Notes: generated by a model not told the origin, from the sequence alone. Counted from the first letter of the stretch, positions 21,050 to 31,849 are shown. The stretch is DNA of 64,000 nt from an uncultured Chloroflexia bacterium (GCA_963780865.1 CAWADT010000013.1:246491-310490); one strand, 5' to 3'. Program-made: numbers and translations.

Positions 21050-22201
21050 ATGCTGTTGGATCGGGCGACATTGGAGGGCGTAGAGGAACGAACGCTGGCA
21101 CCCTACGCCACCTTGAGCAAAGCTTCGCACGGCAGGGAATATCCGGAATCCGAAGCGCCCTTCCGGACTTGTTTCCAGCGGGACCGCGACCGCATCCTGC
21201 ATACCACTGCTTTCCGGCGCCTCGAACACAAGACCCAGGTCTTCATCACCTATGAGGGGGATTATTATCGGACTCGGCTAACGCATACGCTGGAAGTCAG
21301 CCAGATCGGCCGATCCCTCGCGCGGTCGCTGGGAGCGAACGAGGATCTGGTCGAGGCGATCTGCCTGGCTCACGATCTGGGCCATCCGCCGTTCGGCCAC
21401 TCCGGGGAAGCGGTTCTCTCCCGGTTGATGGAACCGCACGGAGGGTTCGACCACAATCGCCAATCGCTGCGGATCGTTACCGTCCTAGAGCGCCGGTATC
21501 CGGATTTCCCCGGCCTTAATCTCACTTGGGAAACGCGCGAAGGGATCGTCAAACACGAAACCACGTTCGACAGCCCGGACCTTTCAGACTATTCCCCCGA
21601 ATTGCACGCCAGCCTCGAAGCCCAGATCGCCAATATCGCCGACGAGTGCGCCTACACCTCGCACGATCTCGATGACGGGTTACGGTCCGGAATTTTGGTC
21701 CCGGAAGACCTGGCGGATCTTTCCATTTGGACAATGCTCCGCGACGCTTCGGACTGGAAATCCGGCGCATTGGATGAACTGACCCGCCATCAAATGATCC
21801 GCGCCTTCATCAATTTGACGGTTACCGATATTCTGGAAGCCTCCCGGCGGAGAATCTCCGGCGAGGCCGTCCGATCCCAGGCAGACGTTCAGCGCCTATC
21901 GGAAAACCTTATCGGTTATTCCGACGCCCTTCTGCCGCCGCTGGAGGGTTTGCGTGCGCGCCTGTATGAAAAAATGTACCGCCACTACCGCGTCATGCGC
22001 ATGGCGCTAAAAGCCGAGAGGTTCCTCACGGAGTTATTCAACCTATATATCGCCAATCCCAGAATATTACCGCAGGGAGTCATGGATCGGGCGGAAGCGG
22101 AGGATCCTTACCGCGTCGTATGCGATTACATCGCCGGGATGACCGACCGCTTCGCGTTGGAAGAATACGGGAAGCTTACCGATCCGCAAACCAAACCATG
22201 A
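21050..22201 (+). CDS. dgt: Deoxyguanosinetriphosphate triphosphohydrolase (HD family)
   Basis: 'FQRDRDRI', 'RLTHTLEV', 'HDLGHPPFGHSGE', 'DYIAGMTDRFA'. Confidence 0.94.
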   Translation: MLLDRATLEGVEERTLAPYATLSKASHGREYPESEAPFRTCFQRDRDRILHTTAFRRLEHKTQVFITYEGDYYRTRLTHTLEVSQIGRSLARSLGANEDLVEAICLAHDLGHPPFGHSGEAVLSRLMEPHGGFDHNRQSLRIVTVLERRYPDFPGLNLTWETREGIVKHETTFDSPDLSDYSPELHASLEAQIANIADECAYTSHDLDDGLRSGILVPEDLADLSIWTMLRDASDWKSGALDELTRHQMIRAFINLTVTDILEASRRRISGEAVRSQADVQRLSENLIGYSDALLPPLEGLRARLYEKMYRHYRVMRMALKAERFLTELFNLYIANPRILPQGVMDRAEAEDPYRVVCDYIAGMTDRFALEEYGKLTDPQTKP

Positions 22202-22234
22202 CATCAATTCTTTAAGGAGTGCAAATTCTTTCGT

Positions 22235-22699
22235 ATGGAAAAGAGAATCCTTACGCCCGACGGCGCTAAAAAAATCCGGGAAGAACTGGAGCAATTGAAA
22301 GGACCTGCCCGCACGGCACTGGCGGCCCGGCTGCGGGCGGCCATCCAGCAAGGCGATCTTTCCGAAAACGCCGATTACACTTCCGCCAAGGAAGAACAGG
22401 GTTTTCTGGAAGGCCGGATCCTCGAATTGGAGGCGCTGATCAAGAACGCCGAGATCGTCGATCCGCACTCCACGCCCCGCGATGTCGTCTCTTTGGGTTG
22501 CCGGGTGACGGTTTTGGAAGAGGGAAGCGAATCGGAGGTGTTCCAAATCGTCGGAAGCACGGAGTCGGACACGCGCGCACGCAAGATAACGCTGGAATCG
22601 CCGATTGGAAAGGCACTGCTTGGCCACCGCGCGGGTGAAAGCGTGGAAGTGCCCACCCCGGCGGGCAAGATTGTCTTTAAAATTCAAAAGATAGAATAG
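22235..22699 (+). CDS. greA: Transcription elongation factor GreA
   Basis: 'GDLSENADY', 'ESPIGKALLG'. Confidence 0.95.
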   Translation: MEKRILTPDGAKKIREELEQLKGPARTALAARLRAAIQQGDLSENADYTSAKEEQGFLEGRILELEALIKNAEIVDPHSTPRDVVSLGCRVTVLEEGSESEVFQIVGSTESDTRARKITLESPIGKALLGHRAGESVEVPTPAGKIVFKIQKIE

Positions 22700-22735
22700 C
22701 GGTGAAGGAAGCGCCCTCGGTTCGAAGCACAAGTA

Positions 22736-22845
22736 CGCGGATACCGCGGATTTATCAGATTTCGCGGAGTAGATATTTCCAAAAATTAATGGCCGGTGGA
22801 ATTAAATTCAATCCGCGTAATCCGCTTCATCAGCGAAATCCGTAC
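22736..22845. repeat. Inverted arrays of degenerate 9-mers (4 x CGCGGATTT-like, AT-rich spacer, 4 x AATCCGCGT-like)
   Basis: cgcggatac/cgcggattt/atcagattt/cgcggagta ... aatccgcgt/aatccgctt/catcagcga/aatccgtac between convergent genes. Confidence 0.65.
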
Positions 22846-22894
22846 AGTAATTCTGAAATTGTATTTTGTGTCTGAGTAAATCCATGCCATTGGG

Positions 22895-23956
22895 CTATTT
22901 CGATTTCGCCCAGATTTCCAACTGTAACGTCAGGCGCTCGAAGTAGGAGTTGTGCGGCAAGGGCCCTTCGCCGTACATTAACTCGCGGATTACCACTCGC
23001 AGCTGCAAACCCGGCGTCTCCATCCAAAAATCCGCTCCCGGCGCTGCCAGGGCAGGGGTTCCCCGCGGCGCCAGGCTCGCGCGGACATCATCTTTTTGGT
23101 TTGCATATTCGCTCAGGAGCACCGTTGTCGAGGTCCGGCTGGGTTTGCGATCAAACAGCCAGATTTCAAAAGCTGTCACCTTCTTCGGCTCCCCGACCCC
23201 GATCGGTTCCGAAATCCCGACCCCGCATTCGCCTAAGAATTCGCCGCTCGCGGAATTGATCGTAAAGCTGTCTTCGTACAGATCGTCTCCCACCACGTAC
23301 GTAGTGACGAAGCGTTCCAGAGGTTCGGCGCCCTCCTCGGATGCGGCTTGCTTCTCCGGCGGCGCCAGATCCGCCATTTGCTCTTCCGATTCGATCGAAA
23401 GCTCCCCGGCGGACTCGGGTGTTTCGTTTTCATCCGGAGCAGAGCTTCCCCGTCGCCGGCGCCCATTGACCACCAGGACCAGCGCGATGGCCGCGCCGAT
23501 GACAATGCCCAGGATCGCGATAACCGAGAGCACGCCATTCAAACCGCCCGCGTTCGCGGCGGGGGCGGGTGGGTTGGCGGGGTTTCCCGGCGTGCCGACG
23601 TAAAGATTGGCAATGAGGACTTCAAATTGTTTCAACCGATCCGGATCGGTGAGCTTATCGTTGTGGAGTTCATCCAATAAATTCCATTTGTTCGGCCCCA
23701 GGGCGTCGAACCGGCTGCGCGCGAGGGTCGGGTCCCCGTTCGCGGAAAAGGAATCCACCGTCATGCGCAGGTAATCCAGTTGAATGTCTGATCGGAGCGT
23801 TTGCGGCGTGGTGTCGATATATTGAACCGGCCAGACCATCCAGCCAAGGATAACCAAACCGAACAGCGTTCCGACGAGGAAACTTATCGCGTTACCCGCC
23901 AGAGGGTTCCGGCTTCCCCGTCCGATCGCTTGAAGAACTGTTTTTAGGTTGATCAT
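22895..23956 (-). CDS. Hypothetical membrane protein (two TM helices, soluble C-terminal domain)
   Basis: Long ORF with two hydrophobic segments, acidic linker and C-terminal 'FLGECGVGI...FEIWLFD'. Confidence 0.75.
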   Translation of the reverse strand: MINLKTVLQAIGRGSRNPLAGNAISFLVGTLFGLVILGWMVWPVQYIDTTPQTLRSDIQLDYLRMTVDSFSANGDPTLARSRFDALGPNKWNLLDELHNDKLTDPDRLKQFEVLIANLYVGTPGNPANPPAPAANAGGLNGVLSVIAILGIVIGAAIALVLVVNGRRRRGSSAPDENETPESAGELSIESEEQMADLAPPEKQAASEEGAEPLERFVTTYVVGDDLYEDSFTINSASGEFLGECGVGISEPIGVGEPKKVTAFEIWLFDRKPSRTSTTVLLSEYANQKDDVRASLAPRGTPALAAPGADFWMETPGLQLRVVIRELMYGEGPLPHNSYFERLTLQLEIWAKSK

Positions 23957-24072
23957 GGATCGCCTGCCTTGCTTGATGAATCGCCTTGTTCCACCGATTG
24001 TATCCGCAGATGCCTTTCCGGGGCAATCCGGTTCCATGGATAGGGCTTATTCTTATCCAGGGTATTAATGAT

Positions 24073-26394
24073 TCAGGCCGGTTCTTCGTCCTTGGCCAGG
24101 ATGGAATCGAGTGGAAATTTCTCCTGGCATTGCGTGCACTGGGCTGTTTGCCGGTTGGCTACCACCAGCAAACCGCCGCAGGCGGGACACGGAACGGCCA
24201 TGGGTTTTTTCCAGGAAGTGAAATCGCAAGCTGGATAATTCGAACAAGCGTAGAAGGTGCGGCCTTTGCGCGTTTTGCGTTCGACCAGTTCACCACCGTC
24301 TTTCGGGCAGCGCACACCGGTTTTTTCCAGCCACGGCTCCACGTACCGGCACACCGGGAAGGTGGAACACCCGATGAATTTTCCAAATCTCCCGTAGCGG
24401 ATCACCAGCGGGTTCCCGCAGGTGGGGCAATTTCGTCCGAGCAGTTCCGGTGTATCGCTGACCTTGGGGATTTCTTCCTCGGCGTGCCGGAGGTCTTTGC
24501 AGAACGGCTCGTAAAATTCCCGCAACGTGGAGGTCCAATCATGCGCTCCCTCGGCGATCTCGTCGAGCTCTTCTTCCATCGTCGCCGTGAATCCCGTGTT
24601 GATGACATCCGGGAAGTACTTGACCAGCATGTCGTTGACGGTAAAGCCGATTTCCGTCGGTGCCAGGCGTTTCTCTTCCCGGACGACGTAACCGCGCGCC
24701 TGGATCGTAGAAAGAATCGGCGCGTAGGTCGACGGACGGCCGATGCCGAACTCCTCCAGAGTACGGATCAGAGCGGCTTCGGTATACCGAGGGGGAGGCT
24801 GCGTGAAATGCTGATCCGGGTGCAACCCCATCAGTTGCAACGATTCGCCTTCGATCAACGAGGGCAGGGAAACCTGCGTTTCGTCCTCAGCCTGGTCTTC
24901 GTCCTTGGCTTCCTCGTACACCGCCAGAAAGCCCTGGAAGCGCATGGCGCCTCCGGAAGCCCGTAACAGGTACGTATGGCCTCCTTTGGCCTCGACATCC
25001 ACCTGGACGGTATCGAACACGGCCGGCGCCATTTGCGAAGCCAGGAACCTTTGCCAGATTAGAGTGTACAAACGGCTTTGGTCTCGGCTGAGGTATTCCT
25101 CCATCGATTTTGGGGTCCGTTCCACGGCAGTCGGCCGAATGGCCTCGTGTGCTTCCTGTGCATTTCTAGATTTGGACCGGTATTGCGGTGTTTCGGAAGG
25201 AAGATAATCCGCCCCGAATTTTTCGGAGATGTATCTCCTTGCCTCCTGCTGCGCGCTTTCAGCCACTTGTGGCGAATCAGTTCGCATATACGTGATTAGG
25301 CCGGTCATTCCCATTGAATTGATCTCGACGCCCTCGTATAACTGTTGGGCGATGGCCATCGTCTTCTTCGGGGAGAAGCCTAGTTTGCGGGATGCTTCCT
25401 GCTGTAGAGTGGAAGTGGTGAAGGGAGCCGATGGATTGCGTCTCCGTTCCCCTATTCGCACGCGCGCAACAAGAAAGGCCGCCTTCCGGAGGTCGTCGGC
25501 CAGCATCTCGGCATCCGCCTGGTTTGCCAGGGCTGGATCCTGATCGTCCACTTTCGCAAGCTTCGCACGAAAAGTTTGATCCCCATTTTGCAATTTCGCC
25601 AGGTCCGCTTCGATCGACCAATATTCCGCAGGTTGGAAGGCGGTAATTTCACGCTCCCGTTCCGCCACCAGGCGCAGGGCCACGGATTGCACCCGGCCGG
25701 CCGAGAGCCGGCTGCGCACTTTGGCCCACAGGAGCGGGCTGAGCATATATCCCACCAGGCGATCCAGTATCCTTCGCGCCTGTTGAGCATTGACCAGGTT
25801 CAGATCCACTTCGCGTGGATTGTGAAAAGCTTCTTCGATCGCGGACTTCGTGATTTCGTGGAAAGCCACCCGGCGGGTAATGGCCGGATCCAGTTCCGTG
25901 GCTTCCATCAGGTGCCAGGCGATCGCTTCGCCTTCCCGGTCCGGATCGGTCGCCAGATACACTTCCGCCGCATCCTTCGCCAGCGCCTTTAACTCTTTGA
26001 CGATCGGCCGCTTCTCATTGGGGATTCGATATTTGGGGGTAAAACCATTCTCGACATCAACGGAAAGTTGCGATCGCAGCAGGTCGCGCACATGACCGAC
26101 GGAGGCGCGCACCTGGTACCCCTTGCCCAGAAATCGCCCGACCGTCTTGGCTTTGGTCGGGGATTCAACGATCACCAGCTTGCCGCCCGTGCGCCCTTTG
26201 CGTTTCTTCTCCGCCTTGGGGGCGGGGGGTGGCGGGGTCAAACCCGCGTGCGCATCGGACAAACCCATTTTATGAATTTTCGATCCGCAGACGGAACAAA
26301 TACCCGAGGTGGTCGGCCTGCCGTTGGATAGAAATCCTGCCACGGGATTTGTGATCTCCCGTTTGGCTTTGCATTTAAGACAATATCCTTCCAT
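24073..26394 (-). CDS. topA: DNA topoisomerase I with an extra N-terminal Cys4 module and C-terminal zinc ribbons
   Basis: TOPRIM 'IVESP','ATDPDREGE', 'SAGRVQS', catalytic 'LITYMRTDS', 'GIGRPSTY'. Confidence 0.97.
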   Translation of the reverse strand: MEGYCLKCKAKREITNPVAGFLSNGRPTTSGICSVCGSKIHKMGLSDAHAGLTPPPPAPKAEKKRKGRTGGKLVIVESPTKAKTVGRFLGKGYQVRASVGHVRDLLRSQLSVDVENGFTPKYRIPNEKRPIVKELKALAKDAAEVYLATDPDREGEAIAWHLMEATELDPAITRRVAFHEITKSAIEEAFHNPREVDLNLVNAQQARRILDRLVGYMLSPLLWAKVRSRLSAGRVQSVALRLVAEREREITAFQPAEYWSIEADLAKLQNGDQTFRAKLAKVDDQDPALANQADAEMLADDLRKAAFLVARVRIGERRRNPSAPFTTSTLQQEASRKLGFSPKKTMAIAQQLYEGVEINSMGMTGLITYMRTDSPQVAESAQQEARRYISEKFGADYLPSETPQYRSKSRNAQEAHEAIRPTAVERTPKSMEEYLSRDQSRLYTLIWQRFLASQMAPAVFDTVQVDVEAKGGHTYLLRASGGAMRFQGFLAVYEEAKDEDQAEDETQVSLPSLIEGESLQLMGLHPDQHFTQPPPRYTEAALIRTLEEFGIGRPSTYAPILSTIQARGYVVREEKRLAPTEIGFTVNDMLVKYFPDVINTGFTATMEEELDEIAEGAHDWTSTLREFYEPFCKDLRHAEEEIPKVSDTPELLGRNCPTCGNPLVIRYGRFGKFIGCSTFPVCRYVEPWLEKTGVRCPKDGGELVERKTRKGRTFYACSNYPACDFTSWKKPMAVPCPACGGLLVVANRQTAQCTQCQEKFPLDSILAKDEEPA

Positions 26395-26478
26395 ACACCT
26401 AGAAGCTCCATTTTCTCAAGAAGATTTTTTTCGTGCTGGGAAAGAACATCCATCCGGTCTCCACGGGATGGGCGGCCG

Positions 26479-27564
26479 TTAAAGCATCCCGACGATCTTT
26501 CGGACATCCTGGGATTTTCCCCTTTGACAGATGAGAATCGCATCGTCCGTTTCAACGATGATTACATCCTTCAATCCCACCGTCGCGAGAATCCGGCGGG
26601 AATCGGTTTTTCGAATGACGGTTACAGATTGCGAACCGGCATGGTATACGCCTTTTGGAGCCTCGCCCTGAAGTTCCGGGTGCGCCTGATAGAGTTCCAC
26701 GAGCGCATCCCAGGATCCGATGTCGGTCCATCCCAAACCCTGCGCCGGAAGGACCGCCACGCGGTGGGAGGCTTCCAGGATGGCATAATCTAGCGATAGG
26801 ACCGGCATGGATTCCCAGATCGCTTTCAGCGATGGGTCTTCGTTCTTCCGATCCGGCAACATGGCCATTCGGTCCAGCGCTTGGCCGATGGCCGGCTGTT
26901 GAGTCCGAAATTCCATTTCGAGCACGTCCGAACGCCAAAAGAACATTCCGGAATTCCAGTGGAACCCGCCGCGGGAGATCATGGCCTTGGCCTCTTCCAC
27001 GGTGGGCTTTTCCTTGAACCGCCGGACGCCGAAAGCGGAAAATCCCTCGACGGATTCCAGCCGTTCTCCCTGTTCCATATATCCATACCCGCTCGTTGGG
27101 CCGGTCGGCTCGATCCCCAGGGTGACGAGATAACCGTTCCCGGCAAGTTCGCGGGCGGCTTGGACCAGGGCCAGGAACCGCTTCGAATCGGCGATGTAAT
27201 GGTCTGAAGGCAGGCAGGCCATCACGAACCTGGGAAAGCGCGTCCGCAGCACGGCGAGGGCGTAGGCGATGGCCGGTGCTGTATTGCGCGGGCTTGGCTC
27301 GCACAGCAGGTTTTCTTCCGGAAGCCCGACGCCCGACGACCGGATCATCGGCATCAGCCGGTTGTTGGAAATGACAAAAATATGTTCCGGCGGAAGAATT
27401 TCCTCCATACGAGCAACGGTTAATTGGAAAAGCGAGCGGCCGCCGATCAGCGGCAGGAACTGCTTGGGCTGGTCTGGACGCGAAAGCGGCCATAGCCGCG
27501 TGCCGCCGCCGCCGGCCATGAGAACTGCCAGCAAAGGTTCCTGGGGATCGCGCTGTTGGTTCAT
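26479..27564 (-). CDS. manC: Mannose-1-phosphate guanylyltransferase
   Basis: 'MAGGGGTRLWPLSR..PKQF', 'EPSPRNTAPA', 'FKEKP', 'WNSGMF', 'WTDIGSW'. Confidence 0.9.
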   Translation of the reverse strand: MNQQRDPQEPLLAVLMAGGGGTRLWPLSRPDQPKQFLPLIGGRSLFQLTVARMEEILPPEHIFVISNNRLMPMIRSSGVGLPEENLLCEPSPRNTAPAIAYALAVLRTRFPRFVMACLPSDHYIADSKRFLALVQAARELAGNGYLVTLGIEPTGPTSGYGYMEQGERLESVEGFSAFGVRRFKEKPTVEEAKAMISRGGFHWNSGMFFWRSDVLEMEFRTQQPAIGQALDRMAMLPDRKNEDPSLKAIWESMPVLSLDYAILEASHRVAVLPAQGLGWTDIGSWDALVELYQAHPELQGEAPKGVYHAGSQSVTVIRKTDSRRILATVGLKDVIIVETDDAILICQRGKSQDVRKIVGML

Positions 27565-28681
27565 CTACTCGCAGCTTTCTCCCGAATACACCGTCCGCAA
27601 GGCGATGTATTGCATGCCCCCGACCGGCCGGACCATTCCCTTCAACTCCATCATCGCCAAGGCGCTCGAAACTTGCTCCACCGGCAGACCCACCTTTAAT
27701 TTTAAGAGGTCGATGTGCATCGGCTCCGCACGCAAGGCGGATAAAATCTTCGCTTCCACCGGATCATCCGGAATAGCCAACCGCATTTAAATCGACGGGG
27801 CGGCGCGATTCAAATTCACGGCGGATAAGAACTCCTCCGGCGAAACCGCCACTTGCGCGCCGCTCGCGATCAAGCGGTTGCAACCCCGGCTCGAACTCGC
27901 TCAGCACGCTGCCGGGTATGGCGAAAACTTCTCTTCCATAATCGGCCGCATACGAGGCTGTGAGCAATGCTCCGCTTTCTTCTCCCGCCTCCACCACGAG
28001 CGTCACCACCGACAACCCGGCGATAATCCGGTTGCGCGGCGGAAAGTTCGCCGCATCGGGCGGAGTTCCGGGCGGATAATCGCTCAGGAGCGCCCCGGAT
28101 TCCTCGATCCTCCGGGCCAGACGAGCATGCTCGGGGGGATAGATGACGTCCACACCGCATCCGAAAACAGCCAGCGTCCGGCCGTGGCTTTCCAGCGCGG
28201 CCGCGTGCGCCTCGGCGTCGATGCCCCGCGCCATGCCGCTCACCACGGTAACGCCGCTTGAGGCGAGCGCCGATGCGAACATCCGGGTCACTTCTCGTCC
28301 GTAGACCGTCGTCTTGCGGGTTCCGACCACCGCCGCGGAAAGGCTATCCGATTCGCAAAGCGTCCCCTTCAGGTAAAGCACCGGCGGCGGCGCGGGCAAT
28401 TCCTTTAATCGGACGGGGTACTCCGCATCTTCCCAAATCAGCACGCGCATCCCGCGTTTCAAGCAACGCTCCAGAAGCATCTCCGGATCGATATGCGGCC
28501 GGTTGGAGACGATCGCGTCCGTTGTGCGCTCATCCATCCCGGCCGCCGAGAGGGCGCTTCGGGATGCTTCCCACCCCGAGCGTAAATCTCCGAACGCCTT
28601 GACCATCCGCTGGACGCGCGCGGAGCCGACCCCTCGGATGTGGTTGAATGCCACCCAGTAAGCTCGTTCTTCGGTTGTCAC
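27565..28681 (-). CDS. dprA: DNA processing protein DprA; as sequenced has an extra base at ~27895 and an in-frame TAA at 27789-27787 (371 aa if corrected)
   Basis: 'VVGTR','VSGMARGIDA','FPPRNRIIAG'; the shifted frame continues 'SSRGCNRLI' into a C-terminal winged helix 'LAMMELKG'; next to topA. Confidence 0.9.
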
Positions 28682-29448
28682 GGTATCCCCCCCTTATTTC
28701 GGAAATTCGGAGGGAGAATACCACGAGCGCAACCCCGGGGTCAAGTTGGCTGGTTTTCCGCCTATTAATCGATGCTTTCCAATTGGACCAACAGCCCCGC
28801 GCTTCATTTAAAGCGCCAAAAGAAACTGGCTATAAAGCCGGTATATCACCCCATGGATAAATTAATTGCCATCCCTCACGAAAAATCCGGAGCAAATACG
28901 AAGGTGACAATAAAATTCTTACGGGAATATCAATCCTTGTGGAACGCTCCCCTGCGATTTCCGAGGATTTGTCACGGCACCGCGTGGATCGAAATTGGCG
29001 GACAGAGAATTCGAAAGGATCTTCATCGGATCTTGGTGTATCTCTGCCTTCGCCGGCAGAGTACGGTCCGCCACGGAACGAGAAGATCTTGGATCCTTCG
29101 ACCCAATCCCGGTCGAGCACATTATTTTGATTATCTCGACAGATCGTTTTTTCGAAGCATCCGGCGGGGGGCTCCCATCGGCGGACTTTTTTCGGATGAC
29201 GGGGATGGCAAATGGTTCGAGCGCCGGGAACCTGATCGGAAGGAGATCCCGGGAGAATGATCCGCCGCGAAGCGGTCACCGCAGTTCATTTACAAACCTC
29301 ATTCCATACCTGGCGGACTTACCCCGCGCTGGCTTCTGCTTGGGCGCTGCGAATCCCGCGTGGGTTTCGTGCGCGGCTGCATTCCTCTGGAAATCCGGCT
29401 CCGCATGCCTTCTACCCAACGGCGAACCGTTCAACTTATAATATCCCC

Positions 29449-30705
29449 ATGCGCGTGGCGATGCTTTCGTACCACACCTGCCCGCTGGCGACGCTGGGCG
29501 GGAAGGACACCGGCGGAATGAATGTATACGTCCGCGAGTTGACGCGTTCCCTGGGCAAGGCGGGAATCCGCGTCGACGTGTTCACCCGTTCGCAGGACGA
29601 ACACGTTCCGCACGTGATCCACGATTTGGGAAACGGGAATCGCGTCATTCACATCCCGGCGGGCCCGGAGATTCCGTTGCCGCGCGACGAATGGTCCCGC
29701 CACGTGCCCGCGTTTGCCGAGGCGATCCAACGCTTCGCGGCCGATCAACGCGCCGCGTATGATTTGATCCACAGCCATTATTGGCTATCCGGGTTGGCCG
29801 GGCTAACCTTGCACCGTGAGTGGGAGATTCCACTGGTTCATATGTTCCACACGCTGGGTGAAATGAAAACGCGGCTGGGCGGCAGCTGGGAGGATCCGGA
29901 ACGCCGGCAGGGGGAAGAATCGATCCTCGCCGGCGCCACCCGCATTGTCGCCGCCACTCCCGCCGAGCGGATGCAATTGCAGATGCTCTATCACGCCGAT
30001 ATCCGCAAGATCGTGGTCATCCCTCCCGGAGTGGACGTGGACCTGTTTCATCCCATCCCCCCCGCAGACGCTCGCGAACGGATCGGGCTGGCGCGGGACG
30101 CGCAAATGATCCTGTACGTGGGCCGGATCGAACGGTTGAAGGGCGTGGAGATCCTGCTGCGCGCCGCGGCGCTCCTGCAAACGCGCGGGCTGCTCGCCCC
30201 GTCCTGCCCCTGCGTGGCGGTCATCGGAGGCGATCCCGATCATCCCCAGGAAGAAATGCAATATCTTCAGGAATTGCGCGAGACGCTGCACGTTGAAAAC
30301 GTCGTTTCGTTTTTGGGGCGGCGGCCGCAGGACGAGTTGCCATACTATTATTCCGCCGCGCAAGCAGTAGTGATGCCATCGCAATACGAATCCTTCGGCA
30401 TGGTCGCGCTGGAAGCCATGGCTTGCGGGACCCCGGTCGTTGCGTCCGGGGTAGGGGGACTGCTGTACCTGGTCCGCGACGGGCGGACCGGATTCCACAT
30501 TCCGGATTCCGACCCAACCGCCCTGGCCGATCGGCTGCAACGGCTGTTGACCGATCCGCATTTGCGCCACGAATTGGGAAGGCATGCGGCCAATGTGGCC
30601 AGATCCTATGCCTGGGAACGGATTACCGACCAGGTAATGACGCTCTATGAAAGTGTGCTGGCGGGAACGCCGGAAACTAGCGGAGTGGCGGACCACGCCC
30701 ATTAA
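29449..30705 (+). CDS. GT4 glycosyltransferase (MshA-like)
   Basis: 'HTCPL...GGKDTGGMNVYV', 'HSHYWLSG', 'ESFGMVALEAMACG'. Confidence 0.9.
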   Translation: MRVAMLSYHTCPLATLGGKDTGGMNVYVRELTRSLGKAGIRVDVFTRSQDEHVPHVIHDLGNGNRVIHIPAGPEIPLPRDEWSRHVPAFAEAIQRFAADQRAAYDLIHSHYWLSGLAGLTLHREWEIPLVHMFHTLGEMKTRLGGSWEDPERRQGEESILAGATRIVAATPAERMQLQMLYHADIRKIVVIPPGVDVDLFHPIPPADARERIGLARDAQMILYVGRIERLKGVEILLRAAALLQTRGLLAPSCPCVAVIGGDPDHPQEEMQYLQELRETLHVENVVSFLGRRPQDELPYYYSAAQAVVMPSQYESFGMVALEAMACGTPVVASGVGGLLYLVRDGRTGFHIPDSDPTALADRLQRLLTDPHLRHELGRHAANVARSYAWERITDQVMTLYESVLAGTPETSGVADHAH

Positions 30706-30714
30706 GGGCAATGG

Positions 30715-31779
30715 TCAACCGAAGTAGGCACCGGTGGATTGGTAGAGGGTGCAGCGTTCAGACAAGTACGATACCAATTCCAATAATTTATTTTCCCTTT
30801 CCCGCTTGAGCAAAGACAACCGCAATTCCTTCGCGCGGTGCTGATATTTATCCAGCAGATCCTTGGCCACCAAGGGATCCGCCTTAACCCACCGGCTGAT
30901 GCGGTGCATCAGGAAGGGATGATGTTCGCGGATAAACTCCGCCGCGGGCAGATAATTGCGCTGCAGATCCGATCGCAACGGGGTTTTATGGAATATTCTG
31001 CGCAGGTCGCCGTCCACATACCCCGTTGCGTCCCGGCGATAACGGCGGACGTTGGCCTTCAGAAATTGCGCCAGGGTCATCGACATCCCCGAAATGGGTT
31101 CATCCTCCAGGCTGACATCATTTTCCAGTTCCGGATCCTTCCGGCGCAGCTCGCGAACAACCGAATCCACGAATTCCAACTTCCTTAACGCGCCCGGAAA
31201 GAGGCGATACTTCCGGCGCCAGTTCCTGCGCGAGGTAAACCACACGCAGAAGGTCTCGGCGAAATCGTCATCCGGATGTTTCTGGGCGTAATGATCGCCG
31301 CTCGGGTTGACGTAATCCCGGCTCCACGGGTTGGCCCGTTCCACGTAGCGGTTGGTGACCGGGTAGGTGTGAAAAAAATGGCCGCGCACGTTGAACGTCT
31401 CGCGAAAATCTTTCCGCCGGTAGAGCTTGTAGGCGTAGCAGAAGGCATGACCGGTCTCATGGCGGAGCGTCGCCAGGATTTCCTCCGGGGTGTAGAGCCA
31501 TCTCCGGAACTCTTTATGTAGTTCACGGATGAGCGGGTGGGTGTCATAAAATCCGACGGCGATGTTGGTAGTGCCCTCCACCGTGCCATATCCGGCGGAG
31601 AGATAAAAGTTCGGCTGGATGCGATCCAGTTTCACCCGCTTTAAATCTTCACGCAGCAATCGGATAGCTTCGCCGGCCGGCCCATCCTCGACGGATACCG
31701 GCAGTCGTGAAAGTGGAGAAAGCAGCAGTTCCAGCTTTGCGGTTTTTGGGCCGAAAAGAAGATGGCGCGAACGGCGCAC
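30715..31779 (-). CDS. Putative zinc-binding metallopeptidase (zincin-like)
   Basis: 'LRHETGHA' HExxH and 'YAQKHPDDDFAETF'; GTG start with AGGTG RBS chosen because the longer ORF overlaps a tRNA. Confidence 0.78.
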   Translation of the reverse strand: MRRSRHLLFGPKTAKLELLLSPLSRLPVSVEDGPAGEAIRLLREDLKRVKLDRIQPNFYLSAGYGTVEGTTNIAVGFYDTHPLIRELHKEFRRWLYTPEEILATLRHETGHAFCYAYKLYRRKDFRETFNVRGHFFHTYPVTNRYVERANPWSRDYVNPSGDHYAQKHPDDDFAETFCVWFTSRRNWRRKYRLFPGALRKLEFVDSVVRELRRKDPELENDVSLEDEPISGMSMTLAQFLKANVRRYRRDATGYVDGDLRRIFHKTPLRSDLQRNYLPAAEFIREHHPFLMHRISRWVKADPLVAKDLLDKYQHRAKELRLSLLKRERENKLLELVSYLSERCTLYQSTGAYFG

Positions 31780-31849
31780 GGAATCACACCTGCAGGCGAA
31801 AATCCAGCGCGGCGGGGCTGTTCCGGCGCACCGGTCACGGAAAACCAGG

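Noticed and set aside
27565-28681. dprA, tal and the WD40 gene as true pseudogenes or programmed frameshifts; TAA recoding
   Set aside because: All lesions share the GANTC context, there are no slippery sequences, and TAA is used as a normal stop in many genes. A sequencing artefact is more parsimonious.
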